Source: Gammaproteobacteria bacterium
GTDB taxonomy: Bacteria > Pseudomonadota > Gammaproteobacteria > UBA6429 > Thiohalophilaceae
Reading direction: 5' to 3'
Assembly: GCA_030594815.1 (NCBI GenBank)
Contig: JAUVEN010000003.1
Span: 2,936 to 66,935 of the forward strand
DNA length: 64,000 bases
The notes under the pieces were generated by a model. That model was not told the origin of the DNA, ran no database searches, and saw nothing but the letters and a program-made list of their open reading frames with translations. Below are positions 1 through 10,688 of the stretch, piece by piece. Made by a program: the position numbers and the translations under genes. The number at the start of each line of letters is the position of its first letter. Positions within the stretch are counted from its first letter, which is position 1.

Positions 1-1
1 A

Positions 2-448
2 GAACTTGATATTGTTTTTATAGAAAATGTTGGCAACCTGGTTTGCCCTGCAAGTTTTGATCTTGGTCAACATCTCAATGTAACGTTGTTATCAGTAACT
101 GAAGGAGATGATAAACCCGCGAAGTATCCTGTAATGTTTCGTGCCGCTGATTTAATATTACTAACAAAGACCGATCTATTAGATGTTCTGGATGATTTTG
201 ATACCTCTAAAGCAGAGAAAAATTTACGTCAGCTCGCCAGTGAAGCGCCGGTTATCGAATTGTCATCGCGTCGAGGTGATGGAGTGTCTGATTGGATAAC
301 ATGGTTAAAGCAACAAGTTGAAGCTCAGTTAAGCCGAGTCAAAAATGGAGAGTCACTAAAACCAGCAATCCAGAAAGAGGGTGCTCAACTTCATACTGAA
401 ACATCACATAGTCATACTGCTTTAACACAAAATCATACACAGGCTTAA
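2..448 (+). CDS. hypB: Hydrogenase nickel-incorporation GTPase HypB (5'-truncated by window edge)
   Basis: The frame is open from the window edge. The translation ELDIVFIENVGNLVCPASFDLGQH..LSVTEGDDKPAKYP matches the conserved HypB/UreG-type G-domain core. The C-terminal tail contains His residues (HTETSHSHTALTQNHTQA). Confidence 0.9.
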   Translation, partial: ELDIVFIENVGNLVCPASFDLGQHLNVTLLSVTEGDDKPAKYPVMFRAADLILLTKTDLLDVLDDFDTSKAEKNLRQLASEAPVIELSSRRGDGVSDWITWLKQQVEAQLSRVKNGESLKPAIQKEGAQLHTETSHSHTALTQNHTQA

Positions 449-450
449 CC

Positions 451-1587
451 GTGTCATTAAACAATGCAAAACATTGGTTGCAGAAAATTAATGATTTGCA
501 GCTTCCTGAAAAAATAAAAATCATGAATGTTTGTGGTGGTCATGAACGTACCATCAGTAATGCAGGCATACGCAGCTTATTACCCGAAAATATAGAATTG
601 ATTCCTGGCCCCGGTTGTCCGGTTTGTATTTGCCCTGAAGAAGATATTTTTCTGGCAATACAGCTAGCCTTAAATGAAGACGTTATCCTTATTGCCTTTG
701 GTGATATGTTACAAGTACCTGTTAACGTTTCTAAAAAAGAAGTGCGTACATTAGAACAAGCGCGTGCGAATGGTGCGGATGTCAGGCCGATTGCTTCACC
801 TCGTGAAGCCATTAGTATTGCAAACGATAACAGTGATAAAAAAATAATATTCTTTGCCGCAGGTTTTGAAACAACAACATCTCCAGTCGCTGCGATGATT
901 GCTGAAGGTCTACCGGAAAACTTGTTTATACTTTTATCAGGCAGACTTACCTGGCCTGCGGTTGCGATGTTATTAGAATCGGATGAACCGGGATTTGATG
1001 CGCTGGTTGCTCCTGGGCATGTTTCAACTGTGATGGGGCCAGAAGAATGGCAGTTTGTTATCGAGCAACATCATATTCCGACAGCGATAGCAGGCTTTGA
1101 AGCAGAAAGTATGCTGGCTGCTCTTTATTCTGTATTAAGACAGAAATTAGATGGACACCTTTTCTTGGATAACTGTTATCAGGAAGTCGTGCATGACGGT
1201 GGTAATAAAACAGCTCAGCGTTATCTAAATGAAACTATGGATGTTACCGATAATAACTGGCGTGGTATTGGCATTATTCCAAAGTCCGGTTTTAGTCTAA
1301 GTAAACAATATGCTGCGCATGATGCGCGCCTGGTTTTTAAAGACTACAGTGACGATTCGCGTCGGCGTATTGGTGAAATGCCTGCTGGATGTGATTGCGC
1401 TAAAGTTGTGCTTGGAAAAATATATCCTGATCAGTGCCGATTATATGGGACAGCCTGTCAACCGGAAACACCGATAGGTCCTTGCATGGTCTCTGATGAA
1501 GGCGCTTGTCATATCTGGTGGAATACTGCACCAAGAAAAAGTAAAACGAAGAAAACAAAATCCTCTCGGTTAGTAGAATCAATTTAA
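451..1587 (+). CDS. hypD: Hydrogenase maturation factor HypD
   Basis: 378 aa with HypD signatures: VCGGHE, GPGCPVC, GFETT, PGHVS and C-terminal Cys clusters. The GTG start lies 2 nt after the hypB stop. Confidence 0.9.
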   Translation: MSLNNAKHWLQKINDLQLPEKIKIMNVCGGHERTISNAGIRSLLPENIELIPGPGCPVCICPEEDIFLAIQLALNEDVILIAFGDMLQVPVNVSKKEVRTLEQARANGADVRPIASPREAISIANDNSDKKIIFFAAGFETTTSPVAAMIAEGLPENLFILLSGRLTWPAVAMLLESDEPGFDALVAPGHVSTVMGPEEWQFVIEQHHIPTAIAGFEAESMLAALYSVLRQKLDGHLFLDNCYQEVVHDGGNKTAQRYLNETMDVTDNNWRGIGIIPKSGFSLSKQYAAHDARLVFKDYSDDSRRRIGEMPAGCDCAKVVLGKIYPDQCRLYGTACQPETPIGPCMVSDEGACHIWWNTAPRKSKTKKTKSSRLVESI

Positions 1588-1588
1588 T

Positions 1589-3865
1589 GTGACTAGCCCG
1601 ATTCAAAATAAAGAAACTTTTAAATCTGAATTAATATGTTTGCATGTTGTTGTTTCTGGATTTGTGCAAGGTGTAGGTTTTCGACCTTTTGTATTTCGTC
1701 TTGCCAATGAGTTGCAGGTAAACGGTTGTGTGTCTAACAACATGGGGCAAGTTACTGTTTCTGTCGAAGGTGATAGAGAAGCGCTTGAACTGTTTTGTGA
1801 ACGCTTGATAAGTCAGGCACCTGTTAATGCAATGCCTGTAATTCAATCAGTAAATGAAGTTGAGCTGGTTAACTATGAATCTTTTTCTATCAAAGAAAGT
1901 AATGAGTTAATAGAAAGTGACATTCATATACTTCCCGATCTCCCTGTTTGTGAACAATGCCTTGAAGAATTGTTTGATAAAAACAATAGACGTTATCTTT
2001 ACCCCTTTATTAACTGCACACAATGTGGTCCCCGAAATTCAATAATTACATCATTGCCCTATGATAGAAAGAATACAAGTATGCAAGGTTTTAAACTTTG
2101 CCCGGAATGTGAAAGTGAATACCTTTCTGTAAATGATAGACGTTTTCATGCAGAACCTATCGCGTGTGCTGCTTGTGGGCCAGTGTTAAATTTTGTCGAT
2201 GATAAAAACAATATTACAGATAACATGGATGCACTCGAAGCCTGTGTTGACTCTTTACATAAAGGACATATTGTCGCAGTTAAAGGGTTAGGGGGTTATC
2301 ATTTAATGTGTGATGCTTCATCAACTGAAGCGATTGATAAGCTACGCAAAAGAAAAAAACGTCCGGATAAACCCTTTGCTGTTTTAATGATGTCTTCTTT
2401 GATTCAGGAATATGTTGATGCATCTGAGCAAGAAATATTGTTGTTAAACGAAAGTAGTCGGCCAATAGTATTATTGAAACATAATAACAATGAACATCTT
2501 GCGGATAATCTGGCGCCTGGAATTAACAGACTTGGCGTAATGCTACCAAGCACACCGTTACAATACATTTTGTGTCATTACTTTAAAAAACCACTGGTCG
2601 CAACGTCTGCAAATATATCGGGTGAACCGATTATTACAATGAATGATGATGTGGTAAAAAAACTTTCAAATTTATGTGATGCATATTTGCATAATAACCG
2701 TGATATCGTGCGTCCTGCAGATGATCCTGTTATGTTGCATAATGATTTTGGAGTACAAATATTACGTACAGGTCGTGGTATTTCACCCACTGAAATAACT
2801 TTACCCTTTAAATTAGAAAAGCCAATACTTGCCGTAGGTGGGCATATTAAAAATACCATTGCATTAGCCTGGGATGATCGTATGGTGATTTCAGCACATA
2901 ATGGTGACTTAAGTAGCTTACGTGGATATCAAACTTTTCAGCAGGCAATTAAAGATCTGCAACAGTTGTATCAAGTTAAAGCTGAAGTGGTTATATGTGA
3001 CGCTCACCCTGAATATGCGAGTACACGATGGGCTGTAGAATCAAAACTCCCTACAGTCAAAATTTTTCACCACCATGCTCATGCTAGTAGTCTTGTAATT
3101 GAAAAGCCTGAAAATGCCCATTGGCTGATTTTTAGTTGGGATGGAATTGGATTAGGTGTAGATGGAGCGCTCTGGGGTGGCGAGACTTTTATAGGTTCAG
3201 CGGGTAACTGGAAAAGAATAGTAAGTTTTAAACCTTTTAAATTGCCGGGGGGAGAAAAAACATCGCGAGAATCATGGCGTGTAGCTGCTTCATTAAACTG
3301 GCAATCGAAAATTGATTTTGAAATTAATAATGGAATCACAAGCCATAAAAAAGCAGGTGAATTAAAAATAATGTGGGATAAAAATATAAATTCTCCTGAA
3401 TCTAGTGCAGCAGGTAGATTATTTTCTGCCGCATCATCATTGCTAGGATTAGTTGATATTGAAAGCTTTGAAGGTCAAGGTCCTATGTTGTTAGAAGCTT
3501 TAGCAGAAACGACGCAAGCGGATGCGATTACATTACCAATAATAAATGAGGATGGTGTAGATAGAATTGACTGGCAACCGCTTATTGTAATGTTGAATGA
3601 TAAATCTTTAGTCAAAGCATATCGTGCAAGGTGTTTCCATGAAACTATGGCGCAATGCATAACTGAAATTTCTATAAAATATTCAAATGAGTATAAAGAC
3701 TTATCAATTGGACTTGCTGGTGGTGTTTTTCAAAACCAGTTACTTGTTTCTCTGGTTAGACAAAAATTTGATGAGAATAATTTAAGGTTAATTATACCCG
3801 AATCTATTCCTGTTAATGATGGCGGTTTATGCGCCGGACAAATCATCGAGTATCACCATCAATGA
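1589..3865 (+). CDS. hypF: Carbamoyltransferase HypF
   Basis: 758 aa. It has an acylphosphatase-like N-terminus (VSGFVQGVGFRPFVFRLA), paired CxxC zinc fingers (CEQC..CTQCGPR, CPEC..CAACGP), a YrdC-like segment (VKGLGGYHLMCD) and a Kae1-like C-terminus. GTG start. Confidence 0.92.
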   Translation: MTSPIQNKETFKSELICLHVVVSGFVQGVGFRPFVFRLANELQVNGCVSNNMGQVTVSVEGDREALELFCERLISQAPVNAMPVIQSVNEVELVNYESFSIKESNELIESDIHILPDLPVCEQCLEELFDKNNRRYLYPFINCTQCGPRNSIITSLPYDRKNTSMQGFKLCPECESEYLSVNDRRFHAEPIACAACGPVLNFVDDKNNITDNMDALEACVDSLHKGHIVAVKGLGGYHLMCDASSTEAIDKLRKRKKRPDKPFAVLMMSSLIQEYVDASEQEILLLNESSRPIVLLKHNNNEHLADNLAPGINRLGVMLPSTPLQYILCHYFKKPLVATSANISGEPIITMNDDVVKKLSNLCDAYLHNNRDIVRPADDPVMLHNDFGVQILRTGRGISPTEITLPFKLEKPILAVGGHIKNTIALAWDDRMVISAHNGDLSSLRGYQTFQQAIKDLQQLYQVKAEVVICDAHPEYASTRWAVESKLPTVKIFHHHAHASSLVIEKPENAHWLIFSWDGIGLGVDGALWGGETFIGSAGNWKRIVSFKPFKLPGGEKTSRESWRVAASLNWQSKIDFEINNGITSHKKAGELKIMWDKNINSPESSAAGRLFSAASSLLGLVDIESFEGQGPMLLEALAETTQADAITLPIINEDGVDRIDWQPLIVMLNDKSLVKAYRARCFHETMAQCITEISIKYSNEYKDLSIGLAGGVFQNQLLVSLVRQKFDENNLRLIIPESIPVNDGGLCAGQIIEYHHQ

Positions 3866-4863
3866 GTAATAATATTACGATTTCACATGGCAACGGCGGC
3901 AAACATATGCGTCATCTAATTGAAGATGTTTTTGCAAAGCATTTAACAAATGATTTATTAAATACCGACAGTGATGCGGCATTACTGCCTTTGAAAAATC
4001 AACAGTTAATGACAACCGTTGATGGTTTTACGGTGCAACCCATAATTTTTCCGGGTGGTGATATTGGTTCTCTTTGTATACATGGAACGGTGAATGATCT
4101 GGCAGTGAGTGGCGCTATTCCTGAATTTATTACGCTTGGGGTAATTATTGAGGAAGGTTTAGCGCTCGATACTTTAGATAAAGTTGTTAAAAGTATGGCA
4201 GAAGCTGCAAAAGAAGCGGGCGTTAAGATTGTTTGTGGCGATACTAAAGTTGTACCACGCGGACAGGGGAGTGAAGTGTATTTCACGACTACAGGGATTG
4301 GTTATAAATCCTCCGTGGTAGATTACAGTACAAAACTGATTAAACCGGGTGATAAAATATTAATTAGTGGTTCAATTGGTGATCATGGTGCTGCAATTAT
4401 GCTGGCAAGAGAACAGTTTGGTTTATCCGGAAGTTTAAAATCCGATAGTGCAAATGTTATTTCATTTTGCCAATCCGTCTATGAACTCGAAGGTGTTCGT
4501 TTCATGCGTGATCCAACACGCGGGGGTATAGCCAGTGTCTTACATGAATTTAATCAAGCAACGGGTTATGGAATTCAAATGAATGAAGCTGATGCACCTA
4601 TTCATGATGAAGTTATTACAATATGCGATATGCTGGGATATGAACCTTATTATCTTGCAAACGAAGGACGTGTTGTTGCTGTTGTTGAAGCCGGTATCGC
4701 AGAGCAAGTATTATCGATCTGGAAAAAGCTACCTAATGGTGAAAAGGCTTCTATAATTGGTGATATAACGGATCAACATCAGCAAGTTGTTTTACAAACA
4801 GAATTAGGTGGTGAACGCATAATGCACGAACTGAGTGATACACCTTTACCTCGAATTTGTTAA
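3862..4863 (+). CDS. hypE: Hydrogenase maturation factor HypE
   Basis: The ATG at 3862 forms an ATGA overlap with the hypF stop. It has a PurM/AIR-synthase-like fold pattern and ends in the HypE-diagnostic PRIC C-terminus. Confidence 0.9.
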   Translation: MSNNITISHGNGGKHMRHLIEDVFAKHLTNDLLNTDSDAALLPLKNQQLMTTVDGFTVQPIIFPGGDIGSLCIHGTVNDLAVSGAIPEFITLGVIIEEGLALDTLDKVVKSMAEAAKEAGVKIVCGDTKVVPRGQGSEVYFTTTGIGYKSSVVDYSTKLIKPGDKILISGSIGDHGAAIMLAREQFGLSGSLKSDSANVISFCQSVYELEGVRFMRDPTRGGIASVLHEFNQATGYGIQMNEADAPIHDEVITICDMLGYEPYYLANEGRVVAVVEAGIAEQVLSIWKKLPNGEKASIIGDITDQHQQVVLQTELGGERIMHELSDTPLPRIC

Positions 4864-5104
4864 CTCTTCCTGTCAGCTAATTCTATTCCGAAATATTCCT
4901 TCAATATTTTAAAGTTTTTCTATTTTTTGTCGATAATTTGTCTATATATTTAGTATGGGGTGTGGCTGGTGGGAAATGGCAATGTATTTATACTTCATCT
5001 CCTAATATGGGCGTAGTATTAATGCTAGTATTGTAATCATGGCCGTTTATTTTTTATTAAATGGATATGGGCTGTCTACTTTTATTTACTTATAAACTTT
5101 CAAT

Positions 5105-7708
5105 ATGCCAATAGTAAAAACATCAATATTTTCTTCCTTATGGCCTCGTCGGTTAAGCCTTCAGCTTGCATTATTTATATCCTTTCTTTTTATTGTTTCA
5201 ATGACGACTTTTTCCTTGCTTGGACTTCAGGATGAAGTTGAAAATATTACTTCTTATATGCAATTACAAGGCAAAGTTCTGGCAAAGAATATTTCTGCGA
5301 CTGGTGCAGATCATTTATTAAGGCGTGATTACACAGCGATTGAAGAGTTGCTATTTCGTGCAATGGAATTCCCCGAGATTCTTAGTATCAAGTTAAGTGA
5401 CATGGATGGGAAATTGCTTGGTGATATTTATCGAGTTAAAGGTAAGCAAGCTGAAGCAAGATATGGACAAGCTAAATTAATTTTGCCAACCAATATAAAA
5501 GCAACAATAGAATTTAATGATGAAACAATGATTGTCATGCAGCCTGTTATATTAGGTGAGTTATTAGGCTGGGTTAGAATTACATACAGTCTTGATAATA
5601 TTAAAGAAACACAAAGAAGAGTAATAAAAAATAATATTCTGATTGGTTTAGCAATTATTATACTTATGGTTATTTTGCTATTAAGTTATTTACGCAGGTC
5701 AACAAATACAATAGAAAGGTATACCGATTTTGCAGATGATCTTAATAAAATCAAGGGTGGTAGCGTTTTAGTTTCTAAAAACTCTCTTGAGTTAGAGCAT
5801 CTTGGTAATGCGTTAAATGGTGCGTCAATAAATTTATATGAGCAAGAATTAGCGATTAAAACTGCAATGCTAGAACTTGAACGCCTGGCAGCATTTTCTG
5901 AAATGAATCCCAATATTGTTCTGTCAATGGATACGAAAGGTAATGTTCAATATTTAAATCCTTATGGCGAAGCGCTGTTGAAAGAGTTAAATATTCAACA
6001 GGAAAATATAAATGAATTACTTCCCGACAATTATCAGGAAATTATTGATAATTGTTTGAGTAATGATGAAACAGCGCAGGCAATTGAATCTGTGTATATG
6101 GAACGAACTTTTTTATGGACCTTTGCTCCTGTGGTTAATCAGGATATTGTTCATGGCTATGCTTTGGAAATAACACAAAGGAAAATTGCAGAGGAGCAAA
6201 TTCACACAGCACAAGTAGGAAAAACAGTTGCGGAAGCAGCAAATATTGCTAAGAGTTCATTTTTGGCCAATATGAGTCATGAAATACGTACTCCATTGAC
6301 TGCAATTATTGGCTTTTCTGAATCATTATTAGATACGTCTCAAACTATGTCTGAACGTGTTGAGTCTATAAATACTGTAGTTCGCAGTGGTAAACATTTG
6401 CTACAAATCATTAATGATATTTTAGACCTTTCTAAAGTTGAAGCAGAAAAACTGGATTTAGAGTACCTGATTGTATCTCCGTTTGAATTATTAAATGATG
6501 TACATTCTTTAGTTTCGCTTCTGTCTCAAGAAAAAGGGTTGTTTTTTAATATAGAATATGATTTTCCACTTCCCGAATTTATTACAACGGATCCCGTTCG
6601 TTTAAAGCAAATTATAATTAACTTATGCACTAACGCTGTTAAATTTACAGATAAGGGTGGAGTTAATATAAAAGTTTCATGTGATTTTACTAGTAATTTA
6701 CTTTTTGTAGAGGTAGAAGATAGCGGTATTGGATTAAAGGAAGAACAAATATCAATAATATTTAATCCATTTACTCAAGCTGATTCATCAACATCTCGTA
6801 AATATGGTGGAACCGGTTTAGGTTTGAACTTATCAAAACAATTAGCAGAAAAGTTAGGTGGAGATATAACTGTTAAAAGCACAGTAGGCAAGGGAAGTCG
6901 TTTTTGTGCCACTGTTTCAATGGGCGATATTAAAAATTCAAAATTACTGAGAACCTTGCCTGAAATAAAAGAAGCATCATCTCAATCTGTCATTGCATAT
7001 CATAGTATGAAATTATCCGGTAGGGTACTTTTAACAGAAGATAATGTTGACAATCAAAGACTGGTTTCCATGTATTTAAGAAAGTTAGGTGCTGATGTAA
7101 CTATTGCTAATAATGGTAAAGAAGCAATTGAGCAAGCAGATAAGGCTGAATTTGATTTAATCTTAATGGATATGCAAATGCCTGTTATGAATGGTGTCGA
7201 TGCAACTAAATATTTACGTGAACATGGCTATACAAAACCCATCGTTGCATTAACAGCAAATGCAATGAAGGAAGATATCGATACTTGTTATGAAGCTGGT
7301 TGTGATGATTTTATTCAGAAACCGATTATCCAACAACAATTTATAAATAACGTTTCACGATATCTGCATAAAGTTAAAATTGAAGATGATGTGGGTGGAC
7401 CTATAACATCGACTGTTTTAATTGAAGAACCAGACTTGATAGATCTTGTCGAACGCTTTATTTCAAAACTGCCACAAATAATTTCAAAAATTAATGAAAG
7501 TTTCAGTACAGAGAGCTGGGTCGAGCTACGTCAGAATATTCATGATCTAAAAGGAACCAGTGGAAATTATGGTTTTGATGAGTTGTATAGAGCTGCGCAG
7601 GCTATAGAATTTGAACTGATAAAAGAGAATCGACAGGGTATTGGTTTTGAAATATCAAAGTTAGACAAGCTTTATGACAGAATTACTGCGGGTTCAAAAA
7701 ATATTTAA
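5105..7708 (+). CDS. Hybrid sensor histidine kinase (TM sensor, HisKA, HATPase, REC, Hpt)
   Basis: 867 aa. It has N-terminal hydrophobic segments, H-box SHEIRTPL, G-box GGTGLGL, a receiver (DLILMDMQMPVMNG) and a C-terminal Hpt-like HDLKGTSGNYG. Confidence 0.85.
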   Translation: MPIVKTSIFSSLWPRRLSLQLALFISFLFIVSMTTFSLLGLQDEVENITSYMQLQGKVLAKNISATGADHLLRRDYTAIEELLFRAMEFPEILSIKLSDMDGKLLGDIYRVKGKQAEARYGQAKLILPTNIKATIEFNDETMIVMQPVILGELLGWVRITYSLDNIKETQRRVIKNNILIGLAIIILMVILLLSYLRRSTNTIERYTDFADDLNKIKGGSVLVSKNSLELEHLGNALNGASINLYEQELAIKTAMLELERLAAFSEMNPNIVLSMDTKGNVQYLNPYGEALLKELNIQQENINELLPDNYQEIIDNCLSNDETAQAIESVYMERTFLWTFAPVVNQDIVHGYALEITQRKIAEEQIHTAQVGKTVAEAANIAKSSFLANMSHEIRTPLTAIIGFSESLLDTSQTMSERVESINTVVRSGKHLLQIINDILDLSKVEAEKLDLEYLIVSPFELLNDVHSLVSLLSQEKGLFFNIEYDFPLPEFITTDPVRLKQIIINLCTNAVKFTDKGGVNIKVSCDFTSNLLFVEVEDSGIGLKEEQISIIFNPFTQADSSTSRKYGGTGLGLNLSKQLAEKLGGDITVKSTVGKGSRFCATVSMGDIKNSKLLRTLPEIKEASSQSVIAYHSMKLSGRVLLTEDNVDNQRLVSMYLRKLGADVTIANNGKEAIEQADKAEFDLILMDMQMPVMNGVDATKYLREHGYTKPIVALTANAMKEDIDTCYEAGCDDFIQKPIIQQQFINNVSRYLHKVKIEDDVGGPITSTVLIEEPDLIDLVERFISKLPQIISKINESFSTESWVELRQNIHDLKGTSGNYGFDELYRAAQAIEFELIKENRQGIGFEISKLDKLYDRITAGSKNI

Positions 7709-7782
7709 TAAATATAATTATTAAAAAAATAGCTTGGATAGCGAATAACTTCACTACAGGAAAATGTATTAATAAAAATTAT

Positions 7783-10209
7783 ATGAACAAAAATAATGCA
7801 TCACTAAATGGAATTATTGAAAGCGGAGAATATTTTCTCCAGCTGGCTGAAAATATTAACGAGGTATTCTGGTTGGTTTCACCTGACTGGGATGAAGTGT
7901 TATATGTTAGCCCGGCTTTCGAGAAAATCTGGGGACAAAAAGCAGAAGATTTATATCAGGATCCACATATATGGACGGAGATGATTCATCCGGATGATCG
8001 CGTTCAGGTCATTGATGATATTCCTAAAGACTTAAACAATATTGGTGAGAGTATTGATTTTAGGGAATATCGTATTAAAAGACCGGATGGACAAATACTC
8101 TGGATTAAAGCAAGGGCATACCCCATCTATGACGATAATGGACAGGTCTTTCGTATTGCGGGGGTTGCTGAAGATATTACTGAGCGCAAACATGGTGAGT
8201 TGATGATGCAAAATGTTGCGATAGCTGTCTCAGCTCAGCTTGGTGAAGCATTCTTTGAGTCGCTAACATTACATCTTGCAAAAATTTTCGATCTTGAATA
8301 TGTCTTTATTGCTCTGTTAGATGAATACAAAGAAGATAGTGTTAATACAATTGCCTTATGTGTTGATGGTGAAATTGTTGATAATTTAAGTTATGACCTG
8401 GCGGGTACACCCTGCAGTCATGTGGTGAGAGATAGCAGTGATAAGCCTCGATCATATTCCTGTGATATTCAGCAGTTATTTCCCGATGATCACATGTTAG
8501 TGGATATGGATGCAGAAAGTTATGTTGGTGTACCTTTGATTGATGCCTCTGGCAAAAATATTGGCCTGGTTGTCGTTTTGAGTATAAAGCAAATAGAGAA
8601 TATCAAACAGGTGGAAAACATCTTGCAGATCTTTGCCGTGCGAACAGTTGCAGAAATGCAACGATTAAAAACGGAAGAGACGCTTGCGAAATCATCTAAA
8701 GAGTGGTCATTTGCGATGGACTTTTTCGAAGATGCCATCTACCTCATTGATCTGGATGACAAGTTGCTTCGAGCGAATCGATCCTTCTACCTGATGACTG
8801 GACTGACACCGGCGTTGGCGGTGGGGCGTGATATTACTTCTATTATCCATCCCGAAGGTGAAGAGATTCCATGTCCGGTTTGTAAGGCTCGTAAAGAACG
8901 GCGCGATGAAGTCATTATTATGGAAAAAGATCATCCTGATAATTCATCAGGTAAACCTATTCAAATTACGGTACAAATCATTCGAGATAATGACAGTTCT
9001 CCGCTAAGTGTCTTAATGGGTATTCGTGACCTGAGCAACATAAGATTAAAGGAAAAAGAGCGCGCGAAACTACAGCATCAATTACACCAGTCACAGAAAA
9101 TGGATGCACTGGGTAAACTCACAGGTGGAATTGCTCACGACTACAACAATATGCTTGGTATTATTTTGGGCTATTCCGATTTACTGGAAGATGTACTGAA
9201 TGACCAGCCCAAACTGGCGAAATATGTCCATGAAATACATCATGCTGCTGAGCGTGGAGCCAAACTTACTAAAAAGTTACTGGCCTTTTCTCGACAAAGT
9301 ACCTCTGAAGCTGAACGTATAAATCTAAATTCGTTATTGCTGAATCAACAGCACATGCTGGAAAAAACATTAACTGTTCGTATTAAACTGGTCTTTGATC
9401 TGGCAGAAGACTTATGGGCGGTGTGGATTGATGCGAGTGAAATGGAGGATACCATCTTTAACATAAGCATTAATGCCATGCATGCTATAGAAACTAATGG
9501 TCAGTTAACGATTCGTAGCAGTAATGAACAACTCAATCAGCTGGAGGCTGAGGCCTTAGGTCTGACATCGGGTGATTATGTCTTGCTCAGTATTACGGAT
9601 ACTGGCTGTGGCATGGATGAAGCAATCAGAGATAAGATTTTTGAGCCATTTTTCTCAACCAAGGGAGAGCAGGGTACCGGATTGGGGCTGAGCCGGGTTT
9701 ACGGTTTTGTACGCAGTAGTGGAAGTGCAATCAAGGCTTATTCTGAACCTGGACAAGGTAGTCAGTTTGCACTCTATTTTCCCCGTTATCATGGAAATGA
9801 TCAGGATGAACAATTAGTAGAAGAAAATAAAGAAGTAGATATCAGGGGCACTGAAACTATACTGATAGTGGATGATGAACCTGCATTACTCCGTTTAAGT
9901 AGTGAAATACTTAAGCGACATGGCTTTAATGTTCTTTCGGTCGAAAGTGCAAAAAAGGCTCTGCAGATTCTTGAACATGAAACAGTTGATCTGGTATTTT
10001 CCGATGTCATTATGCCTGAAATGGATGGCTATCAATTGGCTGCTCTCGTTAAAGAAAAGTATCCGGCTATAAAAATTCAGCTCGCCAGTGGTTTTACAGA
10101 TAATCGTAATATGGGAATGGTCGATGAGAGCCTGCAACAAAATTTATTATTTAAACCTTTTAACTCACAATCTTTATTACAAAGAATACGTGAGAGGCTT
10201 AATGAATAA
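7783..10209 (+). CDS. PAS/GAF sensor hybrid histidine kinase with C-terminal receiver
   Basis: 808 aa. It has a PAS-like N-terminus (..YRIKRPDGQILWIKARAYPIYD..AEDITERK), a GAF-like middle region, H-box GGIAHDYNNML, an ATPase domain (GTGLGLS) and REC (DLVFSDVIMPEMDG). Confidence 0.85.
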   Translation: MNKNNASLNGIIESGEYFLQLAENINEVFWLVSPDWDEVLYVSPAFEKIWGQKAEDLYQDPHIWTEMIHPDDRVQVIDDIPKDLNNIGESIDFREYRIKRPDGQILWIKARAYPIYDDNGQVFRIAGVAEDITERKHGELMMQNVAIAVSAQLGEAFFESLTLHLAKIFDLEYVFIALLDEYKEDSVNTIALCVDGEIVDNLSYDLAGTPCSHVVRDSSDKPRSYSCDIQQLFPDDHMLVDMDAESYVGVPLIDASGKNIGLVVVLSIKQIENIKQVENILQIFAVRTVAEMQRLKTEETLAKSSKEWSFAMDFFEDAIYLIDLDDKLLRANRSFYLMTGLTPALAVGRDITSIIHPEGEEIPCPVCKARKERRDEVIIMEKDHPDNSSGKPIQITVQIIRDNDSSPLSVLMGIRDLSNIRLKEKERAKLQHQLHQSQKMDALGKLTGGIAHDYNNMLGIILGYSDLLEDVLNDQPKLAKYVHEIHHAAERGAKLTKKLLAFSRQSTSEAERINLNSLLLNQQHMLEKTLTVRIKLVFDLAEDLWAVWIDASEMEDTIFNISINAMHAIETNGQLTIRSSNEQLNQLEAEALGLTSGDYVLLSITDTGCGMDEAIRDKIFEPFFSTKGEQGTGLGLSRVYGFVRSSGSAIKAYSEPGQGSQFALYFPRYHGNDQDEQLVEENKEVDIRGTETILIVDDEPALLRLSSEILKRHGFNVLSVESAKKALQILEHETVDLVFSDVIMPEMDGYQLAALVKEKYPAIKIQLASGFTDNRNMGMVDESLQQNLLFKPFNSQSLLQRIRERLNE

Positions 10210-10236
10210 TCGTAATCAAAAATTCGGCTATTGTAA

Positions 10237-10298
10237 GATTATTTGTTTTCTGATTTTTTAACCCGGATTTTGTTACCTGCAATCTCTTATCCATTAAT
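10237..10298 (-). pseudogene. Relic 3' end of an RRM-type RNA-binding protein gene (about 20 codons plus stop, with an internal in-frame TAA)
   Basis: 56 of 62 nt match 15101..15162, which is the 3' end of the intact RRM gene. The minus-strand reading gives ..ING*EIAGNKIRVKKSENK*, with the internal stop at 10287..10289. Confidence 0.6.
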
Positions 10299-10460
10299 TG
10301 TAAAAGTTTAAAGCAAATCTGATACATCATTTACAAAAGAGAGAGTTATCCGTTTTGATAAAGATGTCGAATCTTTAAATAAAAACGAAAAAACGGTCCG
10401 TGATAGCTGACCATTTATAAAGGCTAAAACTTCTTTAAGCGTGATTAAACACTAATACTA

Positions 10461-10688
10461 CTAGCGACCACCTCTGCCTCCTGAACCCATACCTCCACCG
10501 GAGCCCATATGATCTGAATCGCGCTCATTCATCATGTTTCTTGGCATATCAGATAAAGATTTGCCTTGTTTTTTAGCGCGTTGCTCCATCATTTTGCGAT
10601 GCTCCATGCGATAATGGTTTCTTTCTTCTTCGGTGTTCATGTTTTGCATCTTAGTACGATGTTCTTGTCGTTCTTGTTCTGACATCAT
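10461..10688 (-). CDS. Small Met/His/Gly-rich protein (ZraP/Spy-like or SilE/PcoE-like); probably the mature part of a split secreted protein
   Basis: 75-aa ORF rich in M, H, E and R, with repeated HxxM/MxxM spacing and a GSGGGMGSGGRGGR tail. It has no signal peptide of its own; see the adjacent 33-codon ORF. Confidence 0.5.
   Translation of the reverse strand: MMSEQERQEHRTKMQNMNTEEERNHYRMEHRKMMEQRAKKQGKSLSDMPRNMMNERDSDHMGSGGGMGSGGRGGR

Noticed and set aside
3829-3861. An upstream ATG that would extend hypE by 11 codons (MRRTNHRVSPS)
   Set aside because: The extension lies wholly inside the hypF coding region and has no HypE-like sequence. The ATG at 3862 gives the classic ATGA stop/start overlap and the family-typical N-terminus (MSNNITISHGNGG).
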